In this document: positions 18,372-28,670 of the stretch, one piece after another
Numbering within the stretch: position 1 is the first letter of the stretch
Layout of the letters: each line of letters starts with the position of its first letter
IMG/VR virus record: IMGVR_UViG_3300027867_000003
Location: 20,798 to 84,797 of that record
Source of the DNA: a virus
Reading direction: 5' to 3' (one strand)
DNA length: 64,000 nt
The notes under the pieces: model-generated
The model's input: the letters and a program-made list of their open reading frames with translations, nothing else
Databases searched by the model: none
What the model was told of the DNA's origin: nothing
Program-made: the position numbers and the translations under genes

Positions 18372-19708
18372 TGTCCAATCCTGCATCGCTCGCCCTCCGA
18401 AAACTAGCCGCGGTCCTCGACGACCTAAGCCCAGAGAACCAAGAGCCCGAGAACCAAGACCCCTGTGGGGATGAGAATAACGAAGATCAAAAAAAGGACT
18501 CCGAGGACGAAGGTGGCGCGAGTGATTCATCTGACTCGGATGGCGAAGACAGTGACGATGAAGATGACGGGGAGGATGATCCTGAGACTGATCCTGAGGC
18601 TTCAGACAACCCAACTGAAAGTTCGGCTAAAAGCCCCCCAACGGAAAAAAGCCCCCAACCATCAGCACCGACATCGAAACCTCTACCTCCTGCGCTCGAC
18701 CAACTCGTCGCCGCCATCATTCAGCGACCCGATGACCCCTCAGATTGTCCTCCTGATGGCCCGCTTCTCCTGATCGAACCCGAGAACGAGGAATATAAGA
18801 TCCGTGACAAATCAAAGGACCGCACCATCCGGGCCGAAGATGGCTTCAGAGAATTCCACATCGACAAACAGAAGCATCGTCAAATGCTCGACGACCTCCT
18901 GCCCGATTCTCATAGCCTCGTCTCTCGTCTCTCGGCTCGCCTCCAACGGTCGATCCAGGCCCTCCAGACCCGGAGTTGGCAGTTCGACCTCGATGACGGC
19001 CATCTCGACCCAAGTAGATTGGCTCGCATAGTCGCCAGTCCCCTAAGTCCTGTAGCCTATAAACAGGAAAAAGAGGCTCTGTTCAAAGAAACCACCGTCA
19101 CTCTGTTAATCGACAACTCGGGCTCGATGGACCATGGTGGCAAAATCAATCTGGCCGCTACGACGGCCGACATCCTAACTCGCTGTCTCGAACGCTGCGG
19201 CGTCTCTGTCGAAGTCCTCGGCTTCACCGCCTCCGACAGCGGCAGACGACGCCATGTCCGTGGTCATCGTTGCAGCAGCCTCTTTCACATCATCTATAAA
19301 TCCGCCACCATTCCATATCGTCGAACCAAAGACAACTTCGGCTTCATCATTGCCTCAAAGCCTGTCGTTCAAAATGTCGACGGGGAGGCCCTCGTCTGGG
19401 CCTACAACCGCCTTATTCTCCGACCTCAGGAACGCAAAATCCTCATCGTTTTGTCGGACGGCGAGCCAGCCGACGGCTGCTCAGATTCCCGGCTTCTCGA
19501 CTCCCATCTCCGTCAGATGATCCGCGAGATCGAAAGTCGAAATCTCGTCGAACTCCTCGCCATCGGCCTCGGCCATAATGTGACCCAATACTATCGCCAC
19601 GCCATTATGATCCACGATTTCGCAACCCTTCCTACGGTCCTTCTTAACGAACTCCATCCCATGTTAACGAAGGTCCGAGACAAAAACCCGAAACGCCGTG
19701 CGGCCTAA
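18368..19708 (+). CDS. cobT: CobT-like vWA-domain protein
   Basis: Acidic linker, WQFDLDDGHLDPSRL, MIDAS LIDNSGSM, LSDGEP; overlaps cobS stop. Confidence 0.85.
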   Translation: MMSNPASLALRKLAAVLDDLSPENQEPENQDPCGDENNEDQKKDSEDEGGASDSSDSDGEDSDDEDDGEDDPETDPEASDNPTESSAKSPPTEKSPQPSAPTSKPLPPALDQLVAAIIQRPDDPSDCPPDGPLLLIEPENEEYKIRDKSKDRTIRAEDGFREFHIDKQKHRQMLDDLLPDSHSLVSRLSARLQRSIQALQTRSWQFDLDDGHLDPSRLARIVASPLSPVAYKQEKEALFKETTVTLLIDNSGSMDHGGKINLAATTADILTRCLERCGVSVEVLGFTASDSGRRRHVRGHRCSSLFHIIYKSATIPYRRTKDNFGFIIASKPVVQNVDGEALVWAYNRLILRPQERKILIVLSDGEPADGCSDSRLLDSHLRQMIREIESRNLVELLAIGLGHNVTQYYRHAIMIHDFATLPTVLLNELHPMLTKVRDKNPKRRAA

Positions 19709-19738
19709 GAAACCTGTCTCAAGAAAGGAACTCACCAA

Positions 19739-20041
19739 ATGACCAATCCTACCGACGCCGTTCTCTCCCTCGTCGACGCAATGGAACGGGCGAAACAGAA
19801 CAAGGCTACCGATGACGAAAAGCAATCTATCGACCATCAGGTAACCCTCTGTCAAAAGATCGACGAACTCTGCTACGAAATGGCCCAGAGGAAGATTCTC
19901 AGTGGTGAGGAAATCCTAAACTGTTTGGCCATCACTTTGGGAATGTGTATCAAGACCAACCGAAACGGTGGCCCCACAACCGGCCTCCTGATCGCGGTTC
20001 CCCTCTGCCAAAAGATCCTCAACATCTCGACGGAGGACTAA
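19739..20041 (+). CDS. Hypothetical protein
   Basis: 100 aa, AAAGGA RBS. Confidence 0.6.
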   Translation: MTNPTDAVLSLVDAMERAKQNKATDDEKQSIDHQVTLCQKIDELCYEMAQRKILSGEEILNCLAITLGMCIKTNRNGGPTTGLLIAVPLCQKILNISTED

Positions 20042-20046
20042 AACCC

Positions 20047-20307
20047 GTGGCCATCTTTTCCAAACGTCACTATGAAGCAATCGCCCAAGCAATTCGAAAG
20101 GAGATCGAACTGCAACAACAGGAATGCGACAAACTCAGGATCAACGATCCCGATGTCGAAGACAAAGCCTCTCAGGACCGCGACGCCTGTTATTGCGCTG
20201 GGGCCTTGGACATGAGCGCCAATATCCGTCAGGCCCTGGCGGAACTCTTCAAATCCGACAACCCTGCCTTCAATGCTGACCGTTTCCTAAAAGCGAGCAG
20301 CAACTAA
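20047..20307 (+). CDS. Hypothetical protein, paralog of 16451-16696
   Basis: GGAGG RBS + GTG; shared terminal motifs. Confidence 0.65.
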   Translation: MAIFSKRHYEAIAQAIRKEIELQQQECDKLRINDPDVEDKASQDRDACYCAGALDMSANIRQALAELFKSDNPAFNADRFLKASSN

Positions 20308-20337
20308 TCCCCGTTTCTCATCTTGGGAGTCAGAGCA

Positions 20338-21216
20338 ATGGTCTCAAAGAACGCAAAAGCCCCCGAGGCAACTGGAATTTCCCTCACCAAAGGCGATCTT
20401 CTGAATCGCCCCGGAACATTTCTAATGATCCCCACAGGAGAACTTAAAGTCGATTCCGAATACCAACGCCCCTTAACAGGCAGTCGAGTCGATCGACTTG
20501 CCAACGACTGGAATTGGATCGCGTGTGGCGTCTTAACTGTCGCTCTTCGCGGTCCCGGGAGTGGCGATTACTATCTAATCGACGGTCAACACCGTTGGGC
20601 CGCCGCTCGGAGAGCCGAAATTTCCGAACTCCCTTGCATGGTCTTTGAAACATCCGAACATACCGACGAAGCCCGAGGCTTTCTTGACGCGAACACGAAT
20701 CGAAAATCGATGGCCGTTTTAGACAAATACCGCGCCATGCTAGTCATCGAAGACCCAGTTGCCTTGAAAGTTAAGGACCTACTAACTCAAGCCAACCGCG
20801 ATCCGGTTCTCAGCTATAGCGGTCGAAGCAACCAACCCTCAACTATGGGTCGCGCTTTCAACGCCCTTGATTATCTAATGTCAGCAGTTAGAACCGACAG
20901 CGAGGCCATAGAACGCATTTGGCCCCTAATGATCGAAGTCTCCGACGGCCGACTCCTCACCAAACGCCTCATTCAAGGCTTCTTCTATATTGAACGCTAT
21001 TTATCAAACGCCTCAATTACCGAACGTCTCTGGCGTCGACGAATCCTTCAAATCGGATATGATTTGCTTCACAAATCCATCGACGAAACCTGTTCTTTCG
21101 AGGGCCGCTCGGGATCTGCAATTTGTGCCCAAGGAATTCTTAGAGCACTCAATAAAGGTCTCAGGAACAAACTCAGAATCAATGTCACGCAAGAGCCCGA
21201 GAACCAAGATGAGTGA
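20338..21216 (+). CDS. ParB/Srx-like (DGQHR) domain protein
   Basis: VDSEYQRPL...YYLIDGQHRWAAA. Confidence 0.8.
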   Translation: MVSKNAKAPEATGISLTKGDLLNRPGTFLMIPTGELKVDSEYQRPLTGSRVDRLANDWNWIACGVLTVALRGPGSGDYYLIDGQHRWAAARRAEISELPCMVFETSEHTDEARGFLDANTNRKSMAVLDKYRAMLVIEDPVALKVKDLLTQANRDPVLSYSGRSNQPSTMGRAFNALDYLMSAVRTDSEAIERIWPLMIEVSDGRLLTKRLIQGFFYIERYLSNASITERLWRRRILQIGYDLLHKSIDETCSFEGRSGSAICAQGILRALNKGLRNKLRINVTQEPENQDE

Positions 21217-21664
21217 GAAAAATCCAAGCGGAGGACCTCAAATGACGATCAATGAGACAAAATCTCTCCTTCAATCCCATCATATCGTCGGAAGCCGCTA
21301 TCGACCTCCCGCGAGAGCCCTTCTTGACGCCATTGCTGTCGGAACCCCCCTGACGCTTCGCGCAGAACCAACCAATGCTGTCGACCCAAACGCCATCGCG
21401 GTTTATCTCAAGACCGCAGATATTGGCGACCGAGCCTGGGTGAAGCTCGACGGAACCCTCAGATGGTATGACACAGACATCATGACTGTGATGTCTGAAT
21501 CTGAGTATCACGTCGGCTATATCGCCGCTGCCATTGCCGCGGTTCTCAGGTCTCAGGGCTTTCCTGACACGGATGTCCCCGGGAAATTCGCGATCTCTCC
21601 TCGTGGCACACCGAAGGTCGAATTCACCTTCATCTCTCAGAAACAGGAGCCTCAAGATGCCTAA
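21209..21664 (+). CDS. HIRAN domain protein
   Basis: IVGSRYR...LTLRAEPTNAVDPNAIAVY...HVGYI. Confidence 0.8.
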   Translation: MSEKNPSGGPQMTINETKSLLQSHHIVGSRYRPPARALLDAIAVGTPLTLRAEPTNAVDPNAIAVYLKTADIGDRAWVKLDGTLRWYDTDIMTVMSESEYHVGYIAAAIAAVLRSQGFPDTDVPGKFAISPRGTPKVEFTFISQKQEPQDA

Positions 21665-22181
21665 CTGGACCGCGAACCAACTCACAGTCGAAGGCGACAA
21701 AGACGAAATCACGAGGTTCCTCGACAGCGTCAAGAGCCCTGTGCAGGACTTCGACTTCAACCAAATCATTCCAATGCCCAAGATACTACTAAACACAGGC
21801 TCAGGAGCCTGGGAGATCGACGGCCAGAGAGTCTCATCTTGGTACGCGGAAGAAGGAGGAAAGCGTCGACTCTTTACTCCTGAGGAACAACAAGAACTCG
21901 AGTCCATCGGCCACAACAATTGGTATAGTTGGTCCGTAGCTAATTGGGGCTGTAAATGGAACGCCACCAACCTAGAAGTGGACAGCGACAGCTATGAAGA
22001 CGAAGCCGTCATAGAATTTAACACCCCTTGGTCACCTCCGACACCAATTCTATTAGCCCTTCGGGAGCAGTATCCGACTCTGGAATTCAAGCTCCGCTAT
22101 CGTCTCGAAGACGACAATCCATTTCCCCACGATGCCGATGAAGACAAAGGCACCCAAGAAACAACCCGACTCGCGGCTTGA
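21657..22181 (+). CDS. DUF1281/YubB-like ferredoxin-fold protein
   Basis: MPNWTAN...NWYSWSVANWGCKWNA...FNTPWSPP. Confidence 0.75.
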   Translation: MPNWTANQLTVEGDKDEITRFLDSVKSPVQDFDFNQIIPMPKILLNTGSGAWEIDGQRVSSWYAEEGGKRRLFTPEEQQELESIGHNNWYSWSVANWGCKWNATNLEVDSDSYEDEAVIEFNTPWSPPTPILLALREQYPTLEFKLRYRLEDDNPFPHDADEDKGTQETTRLAA

Positions 22182-22652
22182 CCGCGCAGCGGGAAGTGAG
22201 AACCCATGAAAGGAAACCCCTCAATGAATCCCGAACTCAAGTCCCTCTGGATCGCAGCCCTCAGAAGACAGTCGTACATTTGGCCCAGAAACCAAAAGCC
22301 CCCAGATCAGGAGCCCCATCAAATGTCCGAAATCCGAGCCCGTGATGTCGTTGCCGACGCCCTCAGCCTCGGCCTCGCTTTCATAACTGCGATCCTCGTT
22401 GTCGCAGTCATCTGGCTCTCCCTCATCCTCATCGGAGTCGACTAATATGAAGGCCAATTCTCTGAAATATGTCCTCCATCCGTGGAAATCCTGGGAAGAG
22501 GCCCAAAAGAAGCGACAAAAAAGAGCCCAAGAAACCTTCAACATCCTTCATAAATGGCTGACCGAAGCGCTCGCTGGCATCGGGGAGGCTCAGTGAGAGA
22601 CCCGGGTCGAACACGTCCGAGCGATGTCGCAGCGTATCGGAGTCAGAAGACC

Positions 22653-22976
22653 ATGACCGACGAACCCCCATTCGAGCCCCTCGTGCTCAATGAGTCGATT
22701 ATCCGAGACTCAGTGGCCTCTGGCAATGTCGATCGACTGATCTCGCTCTTTCAATTCCTAAAAGACGGCCGCGACCGCGCCGAATTTCAGGTCAAATGTC
22801 TCGAACACCAGATCGCGTTGCTCGAAAAAGCCACCAAAGCGATCACGGAACCCTTGAGACCTGCAACTCGGTCAAACGAAAAAGATGTTTTCATCACCCC
22901 TAATCGTCCCACAGGTCCAAAGACCAAACCAGTAACCGAGGATCCTCTGTCGGCCGCGATCGACATAGACCTCTAA
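22653..22976 (+). CDS. Coiled-coil protein ending AAIDIDL
   Basis: Start MTDEPP after GGAG RBS. Confidence 0.65.
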   Translation: MTDEPPFEPLVLNESIIRDSVASGNVDRLISLFQFLKDGRDRAEFQVKCLEHQIALLEKATKAITEPLRPATRSNEKDVFITPNRPTGPKTKPVTEDPLSAAIDIDL

Positions 22977-22993
22977 AAACAGGAGAATCCCCA

Positions 22994-23179
22994 ATGCAGA
23001 TAGACATAGAGATAAAAGAAGACGAAATCAGGCAAATTCTATCCGACTATATTGCCACCAGATTCGGCGTATCATTAGACCCAAAGAAGCTTCATATTGA
23101 AGTAAGATCAAAGAAAAATTATAAATCCGAATGGGAAGTCGCAGACTTTCGAATGAAGGCAAATATAACAGGACAATAA
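22994..23179 (+). CDS. Hypothetical protein
   Basis: 61 aa, AGGAG RBS. Confidence 0.65.
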   Translation: MQIDIEIKEDEIRQILSDYIATRFGVSLDPKKLHIEVRSKKNYKSEWEVADFRMKANITGQ

Positions 23180-23215
23180 ATCACAATAAATCACACACTT
23201 ATCGGAGCCGCTACA

Positions 23216-23488
23216 ATGTCCCGTCGAAACAAATACGAACTCACTGATCTGAGGATCGAATTCGACGACCTCAGGACCCAGAAGCGAGAAGCCGAGTTTC
23301 TGTGGAAAATCGCCTCAGAGTTCCGGTGGCCCACCCCAGTCCTCGATCATCTAGGCGATCGGTGCAACAACCTGTCCAATGCTCTCGCTGTCATCGAACA
23401 TGAAATGGACTACGAAGGCATCCACGAACCGGCGGAACCTGCGACCCATCGGCTCTATTTCTCCAGAAAGAAGGAGTTCTTCCTATGA
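23216..23488 (+). CDS. Hypothetical protein
   Basis: 90 aa, GGAG RBS. Confidence 0.6.
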   Translation: MSRRNKYELTDLRIEFDDLRTQKREAEFLWKIASEFRWPTPVLDHLGDRCNNLSNALAVIEHEMDYEGIHEPAEPATHRLYFSRKKEFFL

Positions 23489-23700
23489 GAGGAACCAAAC
23501 GATCGACCTCAGTTCGCCGGAAACATCGCCTATACGTCGACGTTACATTCAGTTCCCCCGTCTCCCGCCGAAAAGCTGCTTATGGGCTTCGATTAGTCCT
23601 CGATGATCGTCTTGACCTCCAAGCCAAGCCCGTTTGGGCCTATGACGGAAGTCCCTATATCGATAAACTTTCAATCAAGGAAAAGGACAAAAGAGGCTGA
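23485..23700 (+). CDS. Hypothetical protein
   Basis: 71 aa, AAGGAG RBS, ATGA overlap. Confidence 0.6.
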   Translation: MRGTKRSTSVRRKHRLYVDVTFSSPVSRRKAAYGLRLVLDDRLDLQAKPVWAYDGSPYIDKLSIKEKDKRG

Positions 23701-23814
23701 GGCGATCGGTTGTATGCACTCTCCGCTCGCCGGATCGTATGCCCCCTCCGCCGCCCTTGCCATCGCCCCTCCCCTCCATTATCATCCCAACCAACCACCA
23801 AAGGCCACACCCCA

Positions 23815-24246
23815 ATGCCCGACCAACCAACCACCCCAACGAAAGAACAAGAACTCCCCAACGAGAAATCCGAAATCGAGACTGAGATCCTTCTCTCCGA
23901 CAAAAAGACCTTCTCTGCCGACGAACTAGAAGCCGGCTCCATCCGCTATGGCAATCGCGGCATATGGCTACTTCCCCTTCGATCGGGCAATCTGGCCCTC
24001 TTCGACAGGGGATTTAATCTAATCTCGATAATTGACGATCTTCCCACAGCGGCCGAGATCAGTCTCCTGGCTCAAGAATCCGAGGCTCGTTGTCGAGCCG
24101 ACATGAGGGCCTACGAATTAAGTCATTTCTTGGGCGAGCCGTCGGACAGACAACTCGTTCGAGACATTCGCCGGGCCGAACGAACCCCAGTTCCCCGATC
24201 ACCAAAACAGTCCCCGCTATCTCAGGCCATCGACATCGACCTCTAA
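23815..24246 (+). CDS. Hypothetical protein ending QAIDIDL
   Basis: Start MPDQP; sigma70-like TTGCCA..TATCAT upstream. Confidence 0.65.
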   Translation: MPDQPTTPTKEQELPNEKSEIETEILLSDKKTFSADELEAGSIRYGNRGIWLLPLRSGNLALFDRGFNLISIIDDLPTAAEISLLAQESEARCRADMRAYELSHFLGEPSDRQLVRDIRRAERTPVPRSPKQSPLSQAIDIDL

Positions 24247-24264
24247 GAAGAGGAATCCTTCCCT

Positions 24265-24543
24265 ATGCCCCAAATTCAATCAATCAGCCTCGCAGACCTC
24301 ATCGACCACGAGTCCCGCCGAATCGCAATCGACCTAATTCAACAGAAACTCGAATCCGAGGGACTCCCTCTCCCAAAGGACAGCAGCCTCGCAGTCCACG
24401 TTGACCAAATTCTCCTTCTCAGGCCCGAGATCAGAACTCAGGCCGAGAAAGTCGTTCTCGCCCGCCAAGACGCCTTTACAGAGAGCCTCCAAGCTATCGG
24501 AATCGAAGTCCAGATCGTCGAACCCATCGACATCGACCTCTGA
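24265..24543 (+). CDS. Hypothetical protein ending EPIDIDL
   Basis: 92 aa, GAGGA RBS. Confidence 0.7.
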   Translation: MPQIQSISLADLIDHESRRIAIDLIQQKLESEGLPLPKDSSLAVHVDQILLLRPEIRTQAEKVVLARQDAFTESLQAIGIEVQIVEPIDIDL

Positions 24544-24557
24544 GGAACAAACCAAAC

Positions 24558-24827
24558 ATGGTGAAACGAGCGCTACGTCGACACCAAGCACAGTCCCATA
24601 TGCGGCGCCGATTAAAAGAAGACCGTAATCAACATTACGCCAATCTGACCTGCCTCTGTTGGACTGATCCCCGAACGATGGCGCGGTTCAAAGAACAGCC
24701 GTGCCGTTGCAGTTGTTACGGCTGCGGTAATCCACGGTATCAGGTAAAGGGGGAGGAACGCTTTACGATGCAAGAACGCCGACACCTATTGAGCGATGAC
24801 AGAGCCTTAGAGGCCAATCTAAAATGA
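24558..24827 (+). CDS. Basic Cys-containing hypothetical protein
   Basis: CSCYGCGNPR...TMQERR. Confidence 0.65.
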   Translation: MVKRALRRHQAQSHMRRRLKEDRNQHYANLTCLCWTDPRTMARFKEQPCRCSCYGCGNPRYQVKGEERFTMQERRHLLSDDRALEANLK

Positions 24828-25090
24828 CCCAATTATCTAACATAGCCCGCTCAATTCTCCGACAAGCTGCTTTATCCGAATTCGGCCTAGAGATCGGGAT
24901 TACGGCAACGTCAGACAAGATCATCACACCGGCCCTACGGGCGAAGCAAATTCTATATCGCTTTAAGTCCGAAGATGCTGATTTCTCGAATCTCCGAATT
25001 GATCTCAGTCCCACCGATCCCGACAAATATCTCTGGATCATCAACACAGGACCTCGAATTCCGACCACAGCTCTGGAGATCGACCTCTGA
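24824..25090 (+). CDS. Hypothetical protein ending ALEIDL
   Basis: 88 aa, tightly packed. Confidence 0.65.
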   Translation: MTQLSNIARSILRQAALSEFGLEIGITATSDKIITPALRAKQILYRFKSEDADFSNLRIDLSPTDPDKYLWIINTGPRIPTTALEIDL

Positions 25091-25308
25091 TGCCCTCTCC
25101 TAGCGAACAACCTCTAGAGCGTGTCTGCATCCGGCTCTATAAGGCCGACTACGAAGCCATCCGCCAAATGGCCGAGACAATCGGAACAACCGGCGGAATA
25201 AATACCATCATTCGTGAAATCGTCCATCGCTATATCAAGGGCGTCAGAGACCTAGAGAGGCGAAACATCGACGAATTGAACCGAAGAACCCCAGAACAGA
25301 ATCCATAG
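25090..25308 (+). CDS. Ribbon-helix-helix-like DNA-binding protein
   Basis: ERVCIRL strand followed by two helices. Confidence 0.5.
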   Translation: MPSPSEQPLERVCIRLYKADYEAIRQMAETIGTTGGINTIIREIVHRYIKGVRDLERRNIDELNRRTPEQNP

Positions 25309-25325
25309 GAAAGGGACCACCTTCG

Positions 25326-25538
25326 ATGCCCCGCTACATCACCCACGCCCGAGATACCCGAGAACTTCTGGCCGAGTTCCAGAGCGACATAACCCGGCGA
25401 CTCGATACCCTCGACGGAATCCTAAAAACCATGAAACCCAACGCGGCAGAATCGAGCCGAATAAGTCGCGCCCGGCGCGAATTGCTCGACCTACAAGACT
25501 ACTGGCGGAACATCGAAATCGGGGGAGATCGCGAATGA
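25326..25538 (+). CDS. Hypothetical protein
   Basis: 70 aa with RBS. Confidence 0.6.
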   Translation: MPRYITHARDTRELLAEFQSDITRRLDTLDGILKTMKPNAAESSRISRARRELLDLQDYWRNIEIGGDRE

Positions 25539-25807
25539 CCGACAGCGAAGCCCCAACCTCTCCTCTCACAGAGGCGACCCCCGATTCCGTCGACGAACTC
25601 CTGGATCTGATGAATCGTTCGATGGTTGCCGGAATGCCCGAAGCCATTACGGACGACAAATTGGTCAAACTAATCGCAGCCTATCGGCGCCAAGCTGAGA
25701 ATTGGCTCATTCAGGAAGCCGAAAAGCGTGCCGCCGGCCCCCGAAAGCGCCAACCAAAGACCTTCGACACCAGCCAAGCCATCGACATCGGCGACCTCTT
25801 CCAATGA
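25535..25807 (+). CDS. Hypothetical protein ending QAIDIGDLFQ
   Basis: 90 aa, GGAG RBS, ATGA overlap. Confidence 0.7.
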   Translation: MTDSEAPTSPLTEATPDSVDELLDLMNRSMVAGMPEAITDDKLVKLIAAYRRQAENWLIQEAEKRAAGPRKRQPKTFDTSQAIDIGDLFQ

Positions 25808-26925
25808 CTGAGATCATAGACAACAATGAACCCGAACCACTAAGCCTTGGAAAGCAAATGGTAGAATCTATGACAATTCATTCTGAAATCGAGATAGATT
25901 CAATGACCGATGGCACAGGTCTGACGAGCCTCGAAGCCACAGTTCTAGAGGCCCAGCGACAGTCCTCTGAGGCCCTGTCTTCCGAAGGCCGACAATCCTT
26001 CTCGACCAAAATCCCCAACCTTCAGATTGCCTGGGATTCGACGAGCCTCAACGATCTAAAAAAGTGCCCCCGCTATTATCAATATTCCATGGTCCTAGGT
26101 TACGGAAGTCCATTCGCTAATGCTCATCTGACCTTCGGTGGCCTTTTCGCCAAATCACTAGAAACCTATAATCGCCTGATGGCAAAAACCGACTCCGATC
26201 ACGAAAAAGCCCTAATTGAAGTCATTCGCTTTCTAGTTTCCGCCACTTGGGACTCCGAGATAAATCGTCCTTGGGTATCCGACGAGCCAACAAAGTCCCG
26301 CGATACCCTTCTCCGCACCGTTATTTGGTATCTCGATTTCTTCAAAACCGATTCACTGAAAACCCTGACCTTTCCTGATGGAACCCCCGCAGTTGAGGTT
26401 CCGTTTAGACTCCATTTAGGCGATATTGATCTCTTTGCCCCAAGTGGCGAGGAATTCCTGCTCTGCGGTTATCTCGACAAAATCGTCATTTGGAACGACG
26501 GAATCTACATAGTCGACCAGAAGACAACCAAATCCCCCCTCGATGATACTTATTTCAAACAATATAATCCACATAATCAGATGACCCTATATTCCATTGC
26601 TGGAAAAACAGTTCTAGAACACGAAATCGACGGAGTTATCATCGACGCGGCACAGATTCTCGTCGAAGGGACCCGATTTAGACGGCGCCCAATTCCAAGG
26701 TCTACAGAACAGCTTGAAGAATGGCTCGTCGATCTGAAATATTATCTCAAAGAAGCCATAACTTATGCCATTGACAATCACTGGCCAATGCGAGAATCGT
26801 CTTGTGGCTTCGGTCGGAATCAATGCACCTTTCGCCCCGTCTGCTCCGCAGATCCGTCGGCCCGACAGGAAATGCTCGACAGCTTCTATGTCAGGAGAAT
26901 CTGGAACCCCCTAGAGACCCGCTAA
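25804..26925 (+). CDS. PD-(D/E)xK exonuclease (RecB/Cas4-like)
   Basis: KKCPRYY, VEVPF, GYLDKI...IVDQKT, QMTLY, C-terminal C...CTFRPVC. Confidence 0.85.
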   Translation: MTEIIDNNEPEPLSLGKQMVESMTIHSEIEIDSMTDGTGLTSLEATVLEAQRQSSEALSSEGRQSFSTKIPNLQIAWDSTSLNDLKKCPRYYQYSMVLGYGSPFANAHLTFGGLFAKSLETYNRLMAKTDSDHEKALIEVIRFLVSATWDSEINRPWVSDEPTKSRDTLLRTVIWYLDFFKTDSLKTLTFPDGTPAVEVPFRLHLGDIDLFAPSGEEFLLCGYLDKIVIWNDGIYIVDQKTTKSPLDDTYFKQYNPHNQMTLYSIAGKTVLEHEIDGVIIDAAQILVEGTRFRRRPIPRSTEQLEEWLVDLKYYLKEAITYAIDNHWPMRESSCGFGRNQCTFRPVCSADPSARQEMLDSFYVRRIWNPLETR

Positions 26926-26948
26926 TCATCAACCAAAGGACCTCTCCA

Positions 26949-27215
26949 ATGGGCTACTACATCAACCCGCCATCCGAGACCAAAGAACAGTGGCTTCAAA
27001 AGCATGGAACCCCCGTTCACGGTGACGTGGTCCTCTCTCACGACTTCTCAGGACCAACCCTTCCGGTTTGCCTCGTCGATAACGGACCCTTCACCGCCGC
27101 CGGCATAGCTTTCGACGCAGGCGAACTCCGAGCCTTCGGTCACCCCGACCGCAGACCCAAATCTTGGTTCCTCGTCAGCCGAGAGGACCTAGAGCCATAT
27201 TATAGAGGGAAATAA
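26949..27215 (+). CDS. Hypothetical protein
   Basis: MGYYIN...VCLVDNGPFTAAGIAF. Confidence 0.7.
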   Translation: MGYYINPPSETKEQWLQKHGTPVHGDVVLSHDFSGPTLPVCLVDNGPFTAAGIAFDAGELRAFGHPDRRPKSWFLVSREDLEPYYRGK

Positions 27216-27218
27216 CCG

Positions 27219-27665
27219 ATGCCCGTCTTCGCCCTCATCGACCCAAAGGCCCGATCAATCGACCTAGAGGATTTCCCTAGCTACGATCTAGCTCTCGACA
27301 AAGTTGGGCTAAAAGCTGGTTCCGTCGACTTCGGCACCGTGGCTCAGTGGAAAGACGGTCGAAATCTCTCAATCATCGTCTATGAATGGAGCCTCATGGA
27401 CAGCGACCCTGAAGCCTATTTCGCCTGCAACGGACGTCTCTACAATGGCCCCGCCGTGATGTATATGTCCGACGCCGAGGGTGAGACAATCGACTTCTCG
27501 CCGGCCTTGGCCGAACACTTCAAGGCCGACTGTTCTCACTTCCTCTGGCTCAGTTCGGTCGAAGCCGCCGAAAAGGCCATCATGGAGAACAAAGTCATTC
27601 GACCCCAGACGGCCATCAACGGAGTTCCAACGTGGCAATGGAATAAGCCGAAGGAGTCTGTCTGA
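27219..27665 (+). CDS. Hypothetical protein
   Basis: 148 aa with RBS. Confidence 0.65.
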   Translation: MPVFALIDPKARSIDLEDFPSYDLALDKVGLKAGSVDFGTVAQWKDGRNLSIIVYEWSLMDSDPEAYFACNGRLYNGPAVMYMSDAEGETIDFSPALAEHFKADCSHFLWLSSVEAAEKAIMENKVIRPQTAINGVPTWQWNKPKESV

Positions 27666-27666
27666 G

Positions 27667-28653
27667 ATGCCCAGCCTCCTTGATCCAATCTCCGAATCCG
27701 CCAAGATCCTCCTAATCGGAGATCAGTCGGCCGGAAAGACCGGGGCAAAAGCCAGCCTCATCGCAATGGGCTATAAGCTCCTGATGATCGACACCGACAA
27801 AGGCTTCAAAATCCTCAGAGCCCTCTTGACCGATTCTCGATATCCATATAAAGCCTATATGGAAAAACATGGCATCCGACCTGAGGAAAATATCAGCTAC
27901 ATTCCGATTGACGTCCCGATGGACTTCAAATCCGAGAACATCAAAGGGACTCAGTGGAACATTCTAAGTCCTATGTCGTCGTCTGCCTGGTCAACCGTCA
28001 TCAATCTCCTTCGTGAGTGGAAAGACGGTCAGAAGTCCTGGGGCTCTATCAACGACTGGGACAGCGACACAATTCTCGACTTCGACACCATGTCAACATT
28101 GGCTGAGATTGCCAAATATTGGGTCCAAGACATGAACGGCCATCTTGGAGCCCTCGTCGACGATCACGGCCGAGACACCGGCGGGGCGCAAGAAATGATA
28201 ATGCGCCTGATGACCAAAGTCACATCATCATCGGTGCGATGTAATGTCATCATCACAGCACATATAAAGCGAGTCGACATGTCAGCCGATGTCCCCCAGT
28301 CCCCAGAACAGAGGCTCAGAGAAAAAAAGGCCATCGACCCAAAGGGCTTTCCCGCCGTTATCGGACAGGCCGTCAGTCCATATATCGGAAAGAAATTCAA
28401 CGACCAATTCATCGTCAAACAAGACGGCGACGGCAACCGAGGAACCCGAAGAATCTACACCGTGCCAACTGACAACGTTGGGGCCAAGAACTCCGTCTAT
28501 CTTGAACCATCTTATGACCTTACCAGTGGCCTCGCCGAAATATTCTGCGCCCTTCAATACAAAGACCCCCCAACGGATCTCATTAACGCCATGAAACCGA
28601 AGTCAGAAGGCCCACCCCCAGGTCCCATCGCCAGTGGCTTTGGAAAACGATAA
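27667..28653 (+). CDS. AAA_24 / Sak4-like P-loop ATPase
   Basis: KILLIGDQSAGKTG, IDTDKG, LDFDT, IITAH; between exonuclease and SSB-like gene. Confidence 0.75.
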   Translation: MPSLLDPISESAKILLIGDQSAGKTGAKASLIAMGYKLLMIDTDKGFKILRALLTDSRYPYKAYMEKHGIRPEENISYIPIDVPMDFKSENIKGTQWNILSPMSSSAWSTVINLLREWKDGQKSWGSINDWDSDTILDFDTMSTLAEIAKYWVQDMNGHLGALVDDHGRDTGGAQEMIMRLMTKVTSSSVRCNVIITAHIKRVDMSADVPQSPEQRLREKKAIDPKGFPAVIGQAVSPYIGKKFNDQFIVKQDGDGNRGTRRIYTVPTDNVGAKNSVYLEPSYDLTSGLAEIFCALQYKDPPTDLINAMKPKSEGPPPGPIASGFGKR

Positions 28654-28670
28654 CCCAAGGACAATTCTCA

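Noticed and set aside
16671-19708. cobS/cobT as a cobalamin auxiliary metabolic module
   Set aside because: No cobN or other cob genes, and the domain architecture is altered.
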